From Anthoceros angustus (taxonomy: Eukaryota > Plantae > Anthocerotophyta), in contig VJWM01000135.1 of NCBI GenBank assembly GCA_010909165.1, forward strand, positions 248,001 to 312,000: 64,000 nt of DNA. The letters run 5' to 3'. The notes below the pieces were generated by a model, which saw only the letters and a list, made by a program, of their open reading frames with translations, had not been told where the DNA came from and did no database searches. This document shows positions 10,327-23,000 of this stretch, in pieces (the first letter of the stretch is position 1; every line of letters starts with the position of its first letter). The translations under genes and the position numbers were made by a program.

Positions 10327-13300
10327 GTGCGATGGATGCCCTTTCGTGGATGGACAACGCCACGTTTATATGGCGGTGCCAAACTTGGATGTTTTAATCC
10401 GCCCGACACGTATACAAAGTTGGAAATATGGACCTTGTACAAGCGTCGGTCGAAAACTCTAACACTCGCTCGTCAAGTACCCATGGTTCTTGAAATTGTG
10501 GAGAAGCAACTTCCCAGAAAATCCGAAGTCCAACAGTTTTCAACATGCTCGCTTTGTCCATCAAGAGCACTATCAGAACACAATGCACAAGGAAGATCAA
10601 GGTAATTTGCACCAATGTGTCCTCCATGAGGTTGTTCACCGCTATGGATTTGCTTGACTACCCGATGGAGCGGATGTGCTCTTCAATACCACTTGTCATA
10701 TGAGATGCATGTTCTATGTCTTTGTGTTTGGTTTCCAAACAATGCGGCAATTCAAGGTGCCGGCTGCCGCCCGTGAGTGGTTTCCACGACCACGAGGAAG
10801 CCCAAGCGAGAGGCCTGGTTGGAAGGCGCACGGCCAGCAGGTGGAGGGGCGCGGTCGGCGCCTCGGCGCCGCCAAATCGGAAAGCAGGGATTGTGGGGGG
10901 CCGGTGGCGCCCACCACCCCCCTCTCCCCTCTCCCCCCACTTTATCTCGCCATATCCCCATTTGGGATGAGCGTCGTCTGCAAATAAGCATTCTTTGCAT
11001 GTGAGGAAGTTTCCTTGTTAAGGTCGGCGATGTCTGTTCATTTGGAGGGACCAACGGATGCCGTTATTGAGGATTTTCTTATATTTCTGACTAGGACATT
11101 TGTTTGTGGCACAGAGAAATTTCAGGCTGCTTTGGAAGCACACCGCGTGCGCCTCCACCAGGAGCGGGAGAAAATGTCTAAACACAGGAGCAAGAGCTAT
11201 GTGGAGCCACATAAGTATATGCTACTATCCATAGATGGAATGGACCAGAAAAAGACAGAGATTCCTCATCTTCTCCGGTGGCGAAAAACCTCGTAGAGGA
11301 GTGTCGATTTCACCACGTGGTTGGGTGTATGATTCACAACTACGCTGGCGAGAGCCTATTTGCATTATGCGAATTTACGAACGACGCAACCGACGATCAC
11401 CATCATTCGGGGCGTTATACATAATTACGAGGGGTCCGCCAAGAGTTTTGTATGCGCTGGACAACACATGCGGAGAACAAGAACCGGTGCTTTTGCATAT
11501 CGAACATGCTTGTTGATATGGGTACTTTTGAAAAAGTGAAAGTGGGATTCCTTTTGGTCGGGCATACGCATGATCAAATCGACGGATGTTTTCTTGCTTC
11601 TCCAAAAGCTTGAGACATAAAGAGGCTCACACCGCCCGCATTGTCGAGATCTTGATGCATGCGTACACTCCGTCACGGTAAAGATATTGGTGAGTGGGAC
11701 TTTCGGTCATATGTGTGGCCTATTAGACAAGGCCGAGAGGCCTCACTTATGGGGAAGAGATTGAACAACTTATCGTTCCGGCCTGTTTAAAATAACCCGT
11801 GAAGAGAAAGCGGACCGCGGGTTTGTGTGATTATCGAGGCAAGATTTGAAGGCGCCGGCCGGCCGCCTTCCCAACCGAAATGTAACTGTGAGTGTGGATG
11901 GGCGCCGGCCGCCCGCCCGCCCAATCGAGGAGATTGGAGGGGCGGCCGGCGCCCACCACCCCCCCCCTCTCCCCCCACTAGCCATGTATCCCCATTTGGG
12001 ATGAGCGTCGGCAAATAAGCATTCTGCATGTGAGAAGTTTCCTTGTTAAGGCGATGTCTGCTCATTTGGAGGGCCTAACGGATGCCGTTTTGAGGATTTT
12101 TATATTTCGACTAGGACATTTGTTTGTGGCAGAGAAATTTCAGTCGCAGAAGCACACCGCGCGCCTCCACCAGAGCGGAGAAAATGTCCAAACAGAGCAA
12201 GAGCTATGTGGAGCCACATAAGTATATGCTACTATCCATAGATGGAATGGACCAAAAGACAGAGATTCCTCATCTTCTCCGGTAAAAACCTCAGAGGAGT
12301 GTCGATTTCACCACGTGGTTGGGTGTATGATTCACAACTACACGCACAAAGCGAGAGCCTATTTGCATTATGCGAATTTTAACGACGCAACCGACGATCA
12401 CCATCATTCGTGACGTTATACATAATTACGAGGGGTCCGCCAAGAGTTTTGTATCTGAATCGGACAACACATGCGGGAGAACAAGAACACCGCTTTTGCA
12501 TATCCGAACATGCTTGTTGATATGGGTACTTTTGAAAAAGTGAAAGTGGGATTCCTTTTGGTCGGGCATACGCATGATCAAATCGACGATGTTTTCTTGC
12601 TTCTCCAAAAGCTTGAGACATAAAGAGGCTCACACCGCCCGCATTGTCGAGATCTTGATGCATGCGTACACTCGTCACCGTGAGGTAAAGATATTGACCT
12701 GGCGGTACTCCATATGTGTGGCCTATTAGACAAGGCCGAGAGGCCTCACTTATGGAGCTCAGAAGAGATTGAACAACTTATCGCTCCAAAGACCGCTTTA
12801 AAATAACCCGTGAAGAGAAAGCGGACCGCGGTTCGTGATTGCTATCGAGCAAGATTCCACCTCGCCACAATGGGAAGCGGAAGGGGTTTGGAGTTTCGAA
12901 ATTTGTCCTTCCGACACTATATGTTTGCGCCCCTCAACACTGCGGTCAAGGGATAAAAAGGAACACAGTGACATTATCACCAATCGCAGCTGCTGCCCAT
13001 CTTAAGGATGGTCTTTGAACTTAGGCCTTATGTGACATCACAGAGTTTTTATGGTGGGAAGCTTTACGGTTGGACCAAGAGGAGATTCTTGTTATTGTGC
13101 AAAACAACATTGGCCTTGTGCTCTAATCCTTGGAAATGGTACTCAAGATCGGAAGTGGATGCACCAACCTCTCCATGTTCCGGATGTGGCGGTCTTTGGA
13201 GGAGGCATTGCTAAGGGACCTCCACAACGAGATATGTATTTGGGAGCATACCAAACACGGGAGGCAACAACAGAAATGGAACGGTGGAATGGTGATATCG

Positions 13301-14070
13301 CGGAAATAAAGCGAGGGATGTTTGTTGCGTTCCGCGACACGACACGCATAATGCACCCTTTTGGATTGGCAAGGTGCTCATTCAATTGCATTCGCCATGC
13401 CTCACTTCCTTGTTCATTGGTACAGGCGAACAGATCGTCTGAAGGAAGGTACGTAGAAGAATATTTGTCGGAGGGATGCCGCAGCTGCGAGCAATGCAGG
13501 AAAAGGGAGCGAAATCCATCCATCAAAAAATATCCAAAAGGTTTTTGTTCACGAAGCTCATCCTCTATTATGGGTTCACATTGACTACGCGGAGACACTT
13601 ATCGTAGATAAGAAGGCAATCAAAGAGAAGTTCATTGGTACAGGCGAACACACAGATGCGTCTGAAGGAAGGTCGTGAAGAATATTTGTCGGAGGGATGC
13701 CACTGAGCTGCGAGCAATGCAGGAAAAGGGAGGCTATCCATCCATCAAAAAATATCCAAAAGGTTTTTGTTCACGCGTCATCCTCTATTATGGGTTCACA
13801 TTGACTACGGAGACACTTGTACGCTGTAGATAAGAAGGCAATCAAAGAGAAGTTCATTGCGTTGCGAGGCTTCATTCAACCAGTGAGTGAAAGTCCCACC
13901 GAGGATAGTGAAGATGATGGTCATGATGCCGACCAAGATGATGGAGTGGCGTCACGGAGAAGAGTAGAAAGCCCTCGAATGTTGTGTCATCTTGTGGGAT
14001 CTTGGGAGGCTATCGTGTCTCAACAGTTTGCTCACAGACATATGTCTCAAAAGAGTGTAGGCCCATGATA
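10327..14070 (+). pseudogene. Sola-like/DUF7869-type transposase, spliced, frameshifted and partly duplicated
   Basis: TKLEIWTLY...FSTCSLC at about 10420-10560; KYMLLSIDGMDQKKTEIPH at about 11215; DNTCG-ENKN at about 11460; GFLLVGHTHDQID at about 11550-11585; C-terminal RWNGDIAEIKRGMFVAF...VHWY at about 13280-13430. A candidate intron acceptor tttgtggcacag lies near 11115. Confidence 0.75.
10900..12900. repeat. Tandem duplication of about 1.03 kb covering the transposase catalytic core
   Basis: The anchor cccatttgggatgagcgtcg occurs at about 10957 and about 11991. Confidence 0.88.
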
Positions 14071-14744
14071 GAATATTGGTTGTGCCGTTTCTCTATATAC
14101 CTCTGTAGACTTCACATGCTATAGAACTTTCGATGTGCAAGCCATTTCCCTTTACAAGCGGCAGGACATGGAGGAAGTATGGTCGTAGTTAAGGGCTTGG
14201 CATTCCGGCATATTGGCAGGCAACACATGTGTAGCCCGCCGGGCATGTTTGTGTGTGCGATATGACGGCGGGAACCAGTCGGCGCCCACGTTTTCCCGTT
14301 TGCCGATTGTAGTCTTTGGGTCTTAACAAGGTGATTATATTCTTGGGCTCAATTTATGGTGTCACGAAGCCACCCACTCACCCCACATATAGTCTTTGTG
14401 TACACACGAGCAAAAGGCCTGCTACTACCCGCCTTTCCCAATAGGTCACAGCGCGAAGCAGGCGCCGGCCGGCCCCTCAAACATCCTTGGTCCTCGCCAT
14501 GGGTTCGCATCTCATCCACGATCACCGTCCTTTTATGAATGTTAAGGGTTTTTGGCGAGGAAGACCCGGTGATGGCGAGAATGGTCCTTCACATGGGTCT
14601 TATATGCACCCAAAATAGGGTTACCTCTTGCACCTTAACCCCTTTGCAAGAAATGAACCTCATGTCAATGCTTCACAAGAAGTTCACCCTTCTTTTACGC
14701 CTATATTCATTCATACCTCTATAACCACGAGTTGCGGACCCATG

Positions 14745-14819
14745 TCAAACCCCCTTCAGGGGATATTTCCCGTGAAACCCCCTTCGTGAATATTCACCCC
14801 CTTCACAAGATATCGTGTT
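14745..14819 (-). repeat. Right TIR plus subterminal ACCCCCTT motifs
   Basis: Sequence aaacccccttc...gaaacccccttcgtgaatattcacccccttcacaagatatcgtgtt, followed by the AGTT TSD. Confidence 0.92.
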
Positions 14820-15059
14820 AGTTATCCATGTAGCAACTGTGTGAATGCGTGGAGAATGAACCTGGAGGCTACCCGCTCACTCGATTTCAAGCACTTGCTG
14901 ATTATAGGGCGTAGGAACAGGAGATGATAGAGACAATGGTGATTGGTGTGGAGGGCATTATTGCCCTCATCAGCCCGTATGGATGGCCCGAGGTGAAGCC
15001 CAATGGATGTACAAATGAGCGAGGCTATTGAGCCCAATTGCAAGGTGAGCAAAAGGCCA

Positions 15060-15650
15060 ATCAAGGGTCCCTCTCTTTAGTATTTAGCGCTATTTGTGTG
15101 CATCTTAGTAGGCTGATGTGTCCTCCCTTTTGCCATACTTCTCAGCATTTGTTGTTGTTTCATCATTCTGAGGTCCGGTTGTGTTTTTAAAGTATGTCCT
15201 ATCGTGCTTCCTTCAAATGCGTCTGTGTTCTGGGTTACCCACCAGTGAACTTTCATGAATGGTGACTCACATTCAAAATATTTTTGGAGCACTTTCGCAA
15301 TCCAGAAGCGGCGGTTGGCATTGTCATTTTTGCAAGGAGCTGCTATCATATTCCCGACAGCGATCTCTGAAATATCCCCATTCAACCTCTCTCGCTTGCT
15401 TCGGCAGAATCCATTGTTCCGATAGGCTCTACTCTTCAGTGCTTCCTCAATTCTGCTCTTCAAAGAATTATGCGTGAAAGAGAAATCACGCTACGTCCAA
15501 ATGAGAATCGCCCTACTGTGCATCATCCTGAAGCAAGGCCTCCAAGTCCAAGCCCTATGGAGCTTGCAGACAACGGAGAGCCTTTGCAACCAGAAGCAAG
15601 GCAGCAGCCTACTCAGGTTGACAAAAATTTACATGTTCTGCCATCTTCAT
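15060..15650 (-). pseudogene. C-terminal fragment of a related Sola-like transposase (copy 1)
   Basis: RERLNGDISEIAVGNMIA...RRFWIAKV...MKVHWW aligns by eye with RWNGDIAEIKRGMFVAF...VHWY at 13.3 kb. Confidence 0.6.
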
Positions 15651-15779
15651 GATGTACTGACCAAGTGTGATGAGCTGGTGAAGGCGCTGGAGGCGGCGAG
15701 CGCACGAACATACGAGCTGGAAGCACTACTAGCTCGCCGCCTTGATCCTAAAGATCCTAATCACTCCCTGAATGAGGGA

Positions 15780-18700
15780 GAATGCTTGGCTATGTAGAGT
15801 CGCGTCTTCGCCTTTCATCATGTTGTGACGCAAAACACAACTTGACTACTTCTTCTCCCGGGTTTCACCCCGGCCTTCATTGCGAGGAAAAAAAGAGGGC
15901 CTCTTGTCGAGGCCAAACAAAAAGAAAAGTGCTAAAATTCTACCTATGCCTGGACATGCACCAAGCTCACATGTCTGCTCAGGTTGGAGAGAAAATTGGG
16001 GCTGCCTACGGGCTGCCTAGAGGCTGATAAGTCCAGCGAACACTTACACATTACACACATTGCCACAATACGAAAGGGAACAGCGCATACACACACAACA
16101 GTCTTTGCATTCTGACCTCTAGAGTTAGAGCAACAACAAATTGCGTGTGTTCATTGCGTTCCTCCTAAGACTTCGACACAAGCTGCCTTCCTGACCGCCG
16201 CCTTGTGTCTTGTGTTCGCATAATCCGCCTTGCAACCACCTTGCGTCGGCTAGTATACCGACGCACACTCTTAGTGCTTGATCCATCACTGTTTGGATTG
16301 GGTGATCATATGCGCTTTCTCCCACGCTGAAATGCGGTGAGTAAGGAGGAGGAACTTGGCCCTAAGCTTGGCCATTTTTTGCAGGTTATTTCCGACTTTT
16401 CTGTTTAAGGGCATTTTAGTAATTATATCGGTACCAGCAGTTAAACTAATAACAAAACCTACTTGCTAAGCCCTAGCTTCAAGAGTTAGTTCTAGCATCG
16501 ATTTCAAGCACTTGCTGATTATAGGGCGTAGGAACAGGAGATGATAGAGACAATGGTGATTGGTGTGGAGGGCATTATTGCCCTCATCCAACTGTTATGG
16601 ATGGCCCCGAGTGGCTTAATGGATGTACAAATGAGCGAGGCTATTGAGCCCAATTGCAAGGTGAGCAAAAGGCCAATCAAGGGTCCCTCTCTTTAGTATT
16701 TAGCGCTATTTGTGTGCATCTTAGTAGGCTGATGTGTCCTCCCTTTTGCCATACTTCTCAGCATTTGTTGTTGTTTCATCATTCGAGGTCCTGTTTTTAA
16801 AGTATGTCCTATCGTGCTTCCTTCAAATGCGTCTGTTCGGGTTACCCACCTGAACTTTCATGAATGGTGACTCACATTCAAAATATTTTTGGAGCACTTT
16901 CGCAATCCGAGCGGTTGGCATTGTCATTTTGCAAGGAGTCGCCATCATATTCCGACGATCTCAAATATCCCCATTCAACCTCTCTCGCTTGCTTCGGCAG
17001 AATCCATTGTTCCGATAGGCTCTACTCTTCAGTGCTTCCTCAATTCTGCTCTTCAAAGAATTATGCGTGAAAGAGAAATCACGCTCTGTCCAGCGAGAAT
17101 CGCCCTACTGTGCATCATCCTGAAGCAAGGCCTCCAAGTCCAAGCCCTATGGAGCTTGCAGACAACGGAGAGCCTTTGCAACCAGAAGCAAGGCAGCAGC
17201 CTACTCAGGTTGACAAAAATTTACATGTTCTGCCATCTTCATGATGTACTGACCAAGTGTGATGAGTGGTGAAAGTAGGCTGAGCGCCTGAACATACTGT
17301 TTGGAAGCACTACTAGCCTTGATCCTAAAGATCCTAATCACTCCCAGATGAGGGAGAATGCTTGGCTATGTCGTGCGTCTTCATCGTTTGTGTTGACGCA
17401 AAACCAATGCTTATCACTTCTTCCTGGTTTCACCCCGGCCTTGATTGCAGGAAAAGAGGGCCTGTGTCCGAACAACAAAAAGAAAAGTGCTAAAATTCTA
17501 CCTATGCTACCAGACATGCACTCACATGTCTTACTCACTAGTTCGAGAAAATTAAGGGCTGCAGGCGCTTAGAGGCTGATAAGTCCTTGAACACGCATTA
17601 CACACATTGCCACAATGCTGGCAGCGCATACACACACAACAGTCTTTGCATTCTGACCTAGAAGTTCGACAACAACAAATTGCGTGTGTTCATTGCGTTC
17701 CTCCTAGACGACAAGCGCCTTCCTGACCGCCGCCGGTCTTGTGCCTTGCAACCACCTTGCGTCGTGATACCGATGGGCACACTCTTAGTGCGGCATCCTG
17801 GGATTGGGTGATCATATCGCTTTCTCCCACGCTGTGAGAGGAGACTGGCAAGCTTGGCCATTTTTCAGGTTATTTCCGACTTTTCTGTTTAAGGCATTTT
17901 AGTAATTATATCGGTACCAGCAGTTAAACTAATAACAAAACCTACTTGCTAAGCCCTAGCTTCAAGAGTTAGTTCTAGCATCGCCACGTCCCGTCGTGCG
18001 TCTTTGTATTTATACGCTTCCACAGGGGAGTTAGGAAATAAGTAGGGTTTCTGTTTTTTAGGATTGAAGGATAAATAAAGGCTAAAGGAGGAATAAATTG
18101 GGGTAGCGCTTGACGAGGTGAGGCTCAGGTAGCACTCCGGACTCGAGTGAACAACAATGACCCGTGCCACTATAACAAGTCTCGGACTACCCGGAGAATG
18201 CTTGGCTATGTCGCATGCCTCATTGCCCAAGAAAACCAAGAACATGCTTGCTCACACTTCTTCCTGGTTTCACCGGCCTTCACCGCATGAAGAGGGCCTG
18301 CTATCCAGGCCAAACAAAAAGAAAAGTGCTAAAATTCTACCTATGCCTGGCCCAGACATGCACCACATGCCTGTGATGCTCACTCCGTGTAGAGGCGGGG
18401 CCCCACATGCCGCTCCTAGAGGCTGATAAGTCCTCTGAACACGCACATTACACACATTGCCATTAATGCGAGCAGACACACACAAGGTCTTTGCATTCTG
18501 ACCAGAAGTTCGACAACAACAAATTGCGTGTGTTCATTGCGTTCCTCCTAGGGACTTTGACACCGCCTTCCATGCCCGCCGCCGGTCTTGTGCTCGCACT
18601 TGCAACCACCTTGCGTCGGCTAGTATACCGACGCACACTCTTAGTGCTTGATCCATCACTGTTTGGATTGGGTGATCATATGCGCTTTCTCCCACGCTGA

Positions 18701-19730
18701 AATGCGGTGAGTAAGGAGGAGGAACTTGGCCCTAAGCTTGGCCATTTTTTGCAGGTTATTTCCGACTTTTCTGTTTAAGGGCATTTTAGTAATTATATCG
18801 GTACCAGCAGTTAAACTAATAACAAAACCTACTTGCTAAGCCCTAGCTTCAAGAGTTAGTTCTAGCATCGATTTCACGTCCCATTTCGGCCACCGTGCGT
18901 CTTTGTATTTATACGCTTCCACAGGGGAGTTAGGAAATAAGTAGGGTTTCTGTTTTTTAGGATTGAAGGATAAATAAAGGCTAAAGGAGGAATAAATTGG
19001 GGTAGCGCTTGACGAGGTGAGGCTCAGGTAGCACTCCGGACTCGAGTGAACAACAATGACCCGTGCCACTATAACAAGTCTCGGACTACCCGGAGAATGC
19101 TTAGCTATGTCGTGCGTCTTCATCGTTTGTGTTGACGCAAAACCAATGCTTATCACTTCTTCCTGGTTTCACCCCGGCCTTGATTGCAGGAAAAGAGGGC
19201 CTGTGTCCGAACAACAAAAAGAAAAGTGCTAAAATTCTACCTATGCTACCAGACATGCACTCACATGTCTTACTCACTAGTTCGAGAAAATTAAGGGCTG
19301 CAGGCGCTTAGAGGCTGATAAGTCCTTGAACACGCATTACACACATTGCCACAATGCTGGCAGCGCATACACACACAAGTCTTTGCATTCTGACCTAGAA
19401 GTTCGACAACAACAAATTGCGTGTGTTCATTGCGTTCCTCCTAGACGACAAGCGCCTTCCTGACCGCCGCCGGTCTTGTGCCTTGCAACCACCTTGCGTC
19501 GTGATACCGATGGGCACACTCTTAGTGCGGCATCCTGGGATTGGGTGATCATATCGCTTTCTCCCACGCTGTGAGAGGAGACTGGCAAGCTTGGCCATTT
19601 TTCAGGTTATTTCCGACTTTTCTGTTTAAGGCATTTTAGTAATTATATCGGTACCAGCAGTTAAACTAATAACAAAACCTACTTGCTAAGCCCTAGCTTC
19701 AAGAGTTAGTTCTAGCATCGCCACGTCCCG
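15780..19730. repeat. Four copies of an unclassified repeat of about 0.65-0.7 kb, probably an LTR (about 15780-16500, 17360-17980, 18190-18870, 19090-19730)
   Basis: Shared blocks gagaatgcttggctatg, gaaaagtgctaaaattctacctatg and gcaggttatttccgact...gagttagttctagcatc. Parts also occur at 37460-37600 and 45148-45652. Confidence 0.8.
16680..17250 (-). pseudogene. C-terminal fragment of a related Sola-like transposase (copy 2)
   Basis: Direct duplicate of 15060-15650, part of a duplication of about 1.62 kb (14880-16500 / 16500-17980). Confidence 0.55.
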
Positions 19731-20081
19731 TCGTGCGTCTTTGTATATCTTACGGGAGTTAGGAAATAAGTAGGGTTTCTGTTTTTTAGGATTGAAGGAT
19801 AAATAAGGCGGAAGGAGGAATAAATTGGGGTAGCGCTTGACGAGGCTCAGGTATACTCCGGACTCGAGTGAACAACGGACCTTGCACTATATGACTGACT
19901 ACGCCGAATGTGGATAAGTCCGAACCCACCCCTGTGTCAAAATAGGATAAGTACGCCGGTAACCTAGGAGTGGAGGCGTGAATACACCTTATAACGGCCT
20001 CTCGGCAAGGTTCTGGTCCCAGCCTCATCGCATGCCCGACCTCCACTCGGGGCCGTCCACGCATATACCGCCTCAGCAAAA

Positions 20082-23000
20082 TGTGGCGAGACTTTTCTTG
20101 ATGGCGGTGACGCGCACAATCCGTGTCGTTGTGGGAAGAAGTCCGTTCCCAAAGGAATGATAGGCCCGTTTAGCGTTTGGTGATTCTTACCGTCCTTAGC
20201 GCTCGTTCGGTCTCAACTCACACATACTCCTAACTACTAGCGTTCACCGTCTGAGGCCGGTATGGCCAAGCGTTTGAGACCCGTTCGCGTCCGTATCGTT
20301 CACATACATCCTCACGCATCGTCCTTTCCTCTCTCCTCTCACGCTACACTCTTGATCTTAGAAAAAGGCCAGATTCTGTGATCCGGACCTCCTCGTCGTT
20401 CGCGGGCCTCTCGTCCGGGCTCTACACCCTCCGGAGTTCCTCCGGCTCACGCGTTCGTCCGTTCGGTGTCGGACGCGGCTCGGGCGAGCACGGATCACGG
20501 TCACCCCTTCACACACCACAGCGCGTTAAGTCGTCACGGGACCTTGATCAATCTCCCGGGCATTGCGCTTTCGGTGACTCGGGACTCACGTTAGCAAGAA
20601 GACTCACAAAGTGCGCAGAGCGGCATCAACACCAAGAAAGATGCTTTACTAGGCGACCTCGGCCCTCTTATCTGCGCCCAAGGTGGCGTCTTTATTACAC
20701 CCCTATTACGTGATAGCCATTTCGGTATACCTAATCGGCCGCCTACCACCTATCCCCCTATCTCCTTGGCCGGTGGTGGGAAGGTCACAGGCCCCCTCGG
20801 AATGGGTGGTCAATCCCCGTCAGCGGTTGTGGTGCACCCAATCGGATGATCCGTGGCGGGCCCCTCCTCTCCCGGAATCACATCGGGTTGGGCTCTGGCG
20901 TGATCGACAACCGCCGTTACCACGGCGTCATCCTCCCTGGCCTCCACAGGTCCTTGGCCGGTGGGGCCACCAGCTCTCCCCTAAGCGTAAGTCGAAGGGG
21001 CTCCTCCTTCTTGCCGGCCGGTCCTCGAGGTCTGTCTCGACTCCGAACTTGAGTCCTTATTCGGTCCGGCTAGGTCAGGCCTTGTCTGGGTCCGGACCTC
21101 GGTCGGTTATTAGGTCGGACTTGAGTCCGGACTTATTCAGTCCGGACTTGATCCTCCCCTGGGTCCGGACAAAGTCGGACTCACGCCCACCGGGTTTCCT
21201 CCCTCACGGGACTCCTCCGTGGCTCTCCCTCGAAGTCCTCCTGTTCCCGATCGCCCGGTGACTCCCGTTGGCCCCTCCTTCCATGGTGAGGTGCGGGGTG
21301 CTTACCTCGATCGCATCCGCTCCTCGTTCTGCTCCTCCGGTTGCTCCTCTCCGCTCCGTCATCTCCAAGCAGGGCCACTAGGGTCCTGTCTTTGTCCCGT
21401 GGCCTTCATCTCCTTGAGCCTTCCGGTCCGTCCGTTTCGTGACGTCGAGGCTTCTCGCCGGGAGCTCGGCGTGGTAATAGGCAAAGTCAGATCGACTTGT
21501 TGAATTGCCTCTTCCACGTGTGCGGGCACCGATACTCCTCCGCCATAAGTGTTGGGGAGGCGTCTTTGCCGGCTTGTTGGGCCACCTCTCTGCCCAGTTG
21601 TGGTGGGGCCGTGTATCACGCGAGGCTACAAGGCGGCCTCGGTCACCTCCTGCATGCATGTTGCTCACTGCTCCGGCTCCGTCGTTTCCTCTCCATTGAC
21701 TTACCGCCATAGCGCGGCGTTCCCTTCCGCCTTTCGGTGGACCGGCGGCTTCTTTTACCTTCCGTGCTCGCGCTCCTCGTTCATTCGGCCTTTAGCTCGA
21801 CTCCCTCTCAGTGATCGGATACCTCTCCAGGCGGACTTCCTCCGGCTCATACATGGCAGCAGCGTCCAACTCCTTGGATAGTCGCGATTTTCCTCCGTCT
21901 TGAGGCCGGGAGGACTCCGCCTTTCCTTTGCCCCTCGAGGTCGTGGATTCTCTCGTTGAGAATCACTGCTGCTCCGGCGCATCTTGGGTTGTAGCTCAGC
22001 GTGTCCTTCATCCTCCATCTGCTGCCGCCTCCTTCTACCTCCTGCGGTGTACTCGGAGATCCCCTATCTCCCGTCTTGGCCTCCACTCCATAGCCTTTGT
22101 CACGGCCTTGAGTTAGCCTCGGTACTGTGACTCTCTCCACGGTTCGATCACGTGCATGGTGATCCGGTCGCTCTTTGTGACTTGACTCCTTCGCCGCCTT
22201 TACAGGCCTCGCCCACTTGGCCTCTGGGGCCGCCTCCGCGGTCCCAGCTCTCTCTGCTTGTGCCGGGCCTCTTCCGCCTCTGCTGCGCTTCCCTCTTCGC
22301 TGCAAGGTCCTCCGCCCGCTTGGCCTCTGAGCTTGCTTGTGACGGTGAAGAACCTTAACCAGTCTGTGAACCGCGGGCCTCGCGCTCCGCCACCGGCGTT
22401 TCCCTTCCTCGATCCGGCGAGGACTCCGCCTTTCCTTTGCCCCTCGGCCTTCACTTGCTCTTGGGTTCCACCATCCTCCTCGGGTGGCCTCCACTTCACA
22501 GGTCTTCTCCATTGTACCACGAGACCCCAAAGCATTCCGTCCATGGCGGTAGCAGGACTCGCCGTGTTTCTTCCACGGCCGCGTGAGAGGCCCCCACAAA
22601 GTCCGTAGTGGGGCCGGCATTTCTCGATCCGAGGACCTCCATACCCTTGATCCGGAGTAAGTCGGGGGGTTCTCGGACCTAATCGGGACCCTCGGGTCAC
22701 AGTGGTGGTCAGTCTCACCCTCTTGGCCCTCTTGGCCTCTAACTCCTTTGTGCCCTCTTTCTCACAGGGCTCGGAGGAGGTGAGGGGTCGGGAGCAAGCT
22801 CTTTTGCCCCTTCACAGCCGGGGCAGGCCCGGCTCGGGGTGGGGTGCGCGGTGACCTCCTGCTCCTTGGGCCACGTCCCTTTGCCCCTCCTTACGCCTCT
22901 TGACCTCTTGCCACTCAGGTGGCGGGGTAAGAATCTCGGCACCTCGAGGTCTTTGCGTTGGTAAGCGGCACCGTCTTCCGCCTCTTGACTCCCGGGTTCG

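Larger units (their letters stand above)
2547..14819. mobile_element. Sola-like (DUF7869-type) DDD DNA transposon, about 12.3 kb, with a ParB-MTase cargo gene
   Basis: Perfect 30-bp TIRs AACACGATATCTTGTGAAGGGGGTGAATAT at 2547-2576 and reverse complement at 14790-14819. A 4-bp TSD AGTT lies at 2543-2546 and 14820-14823. There are subterminal ACCCCCTT arrays and internal transposase motifs. The superfamily is assigned from motif memory plus the 4-bp TSD. Confidence 0.85.
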
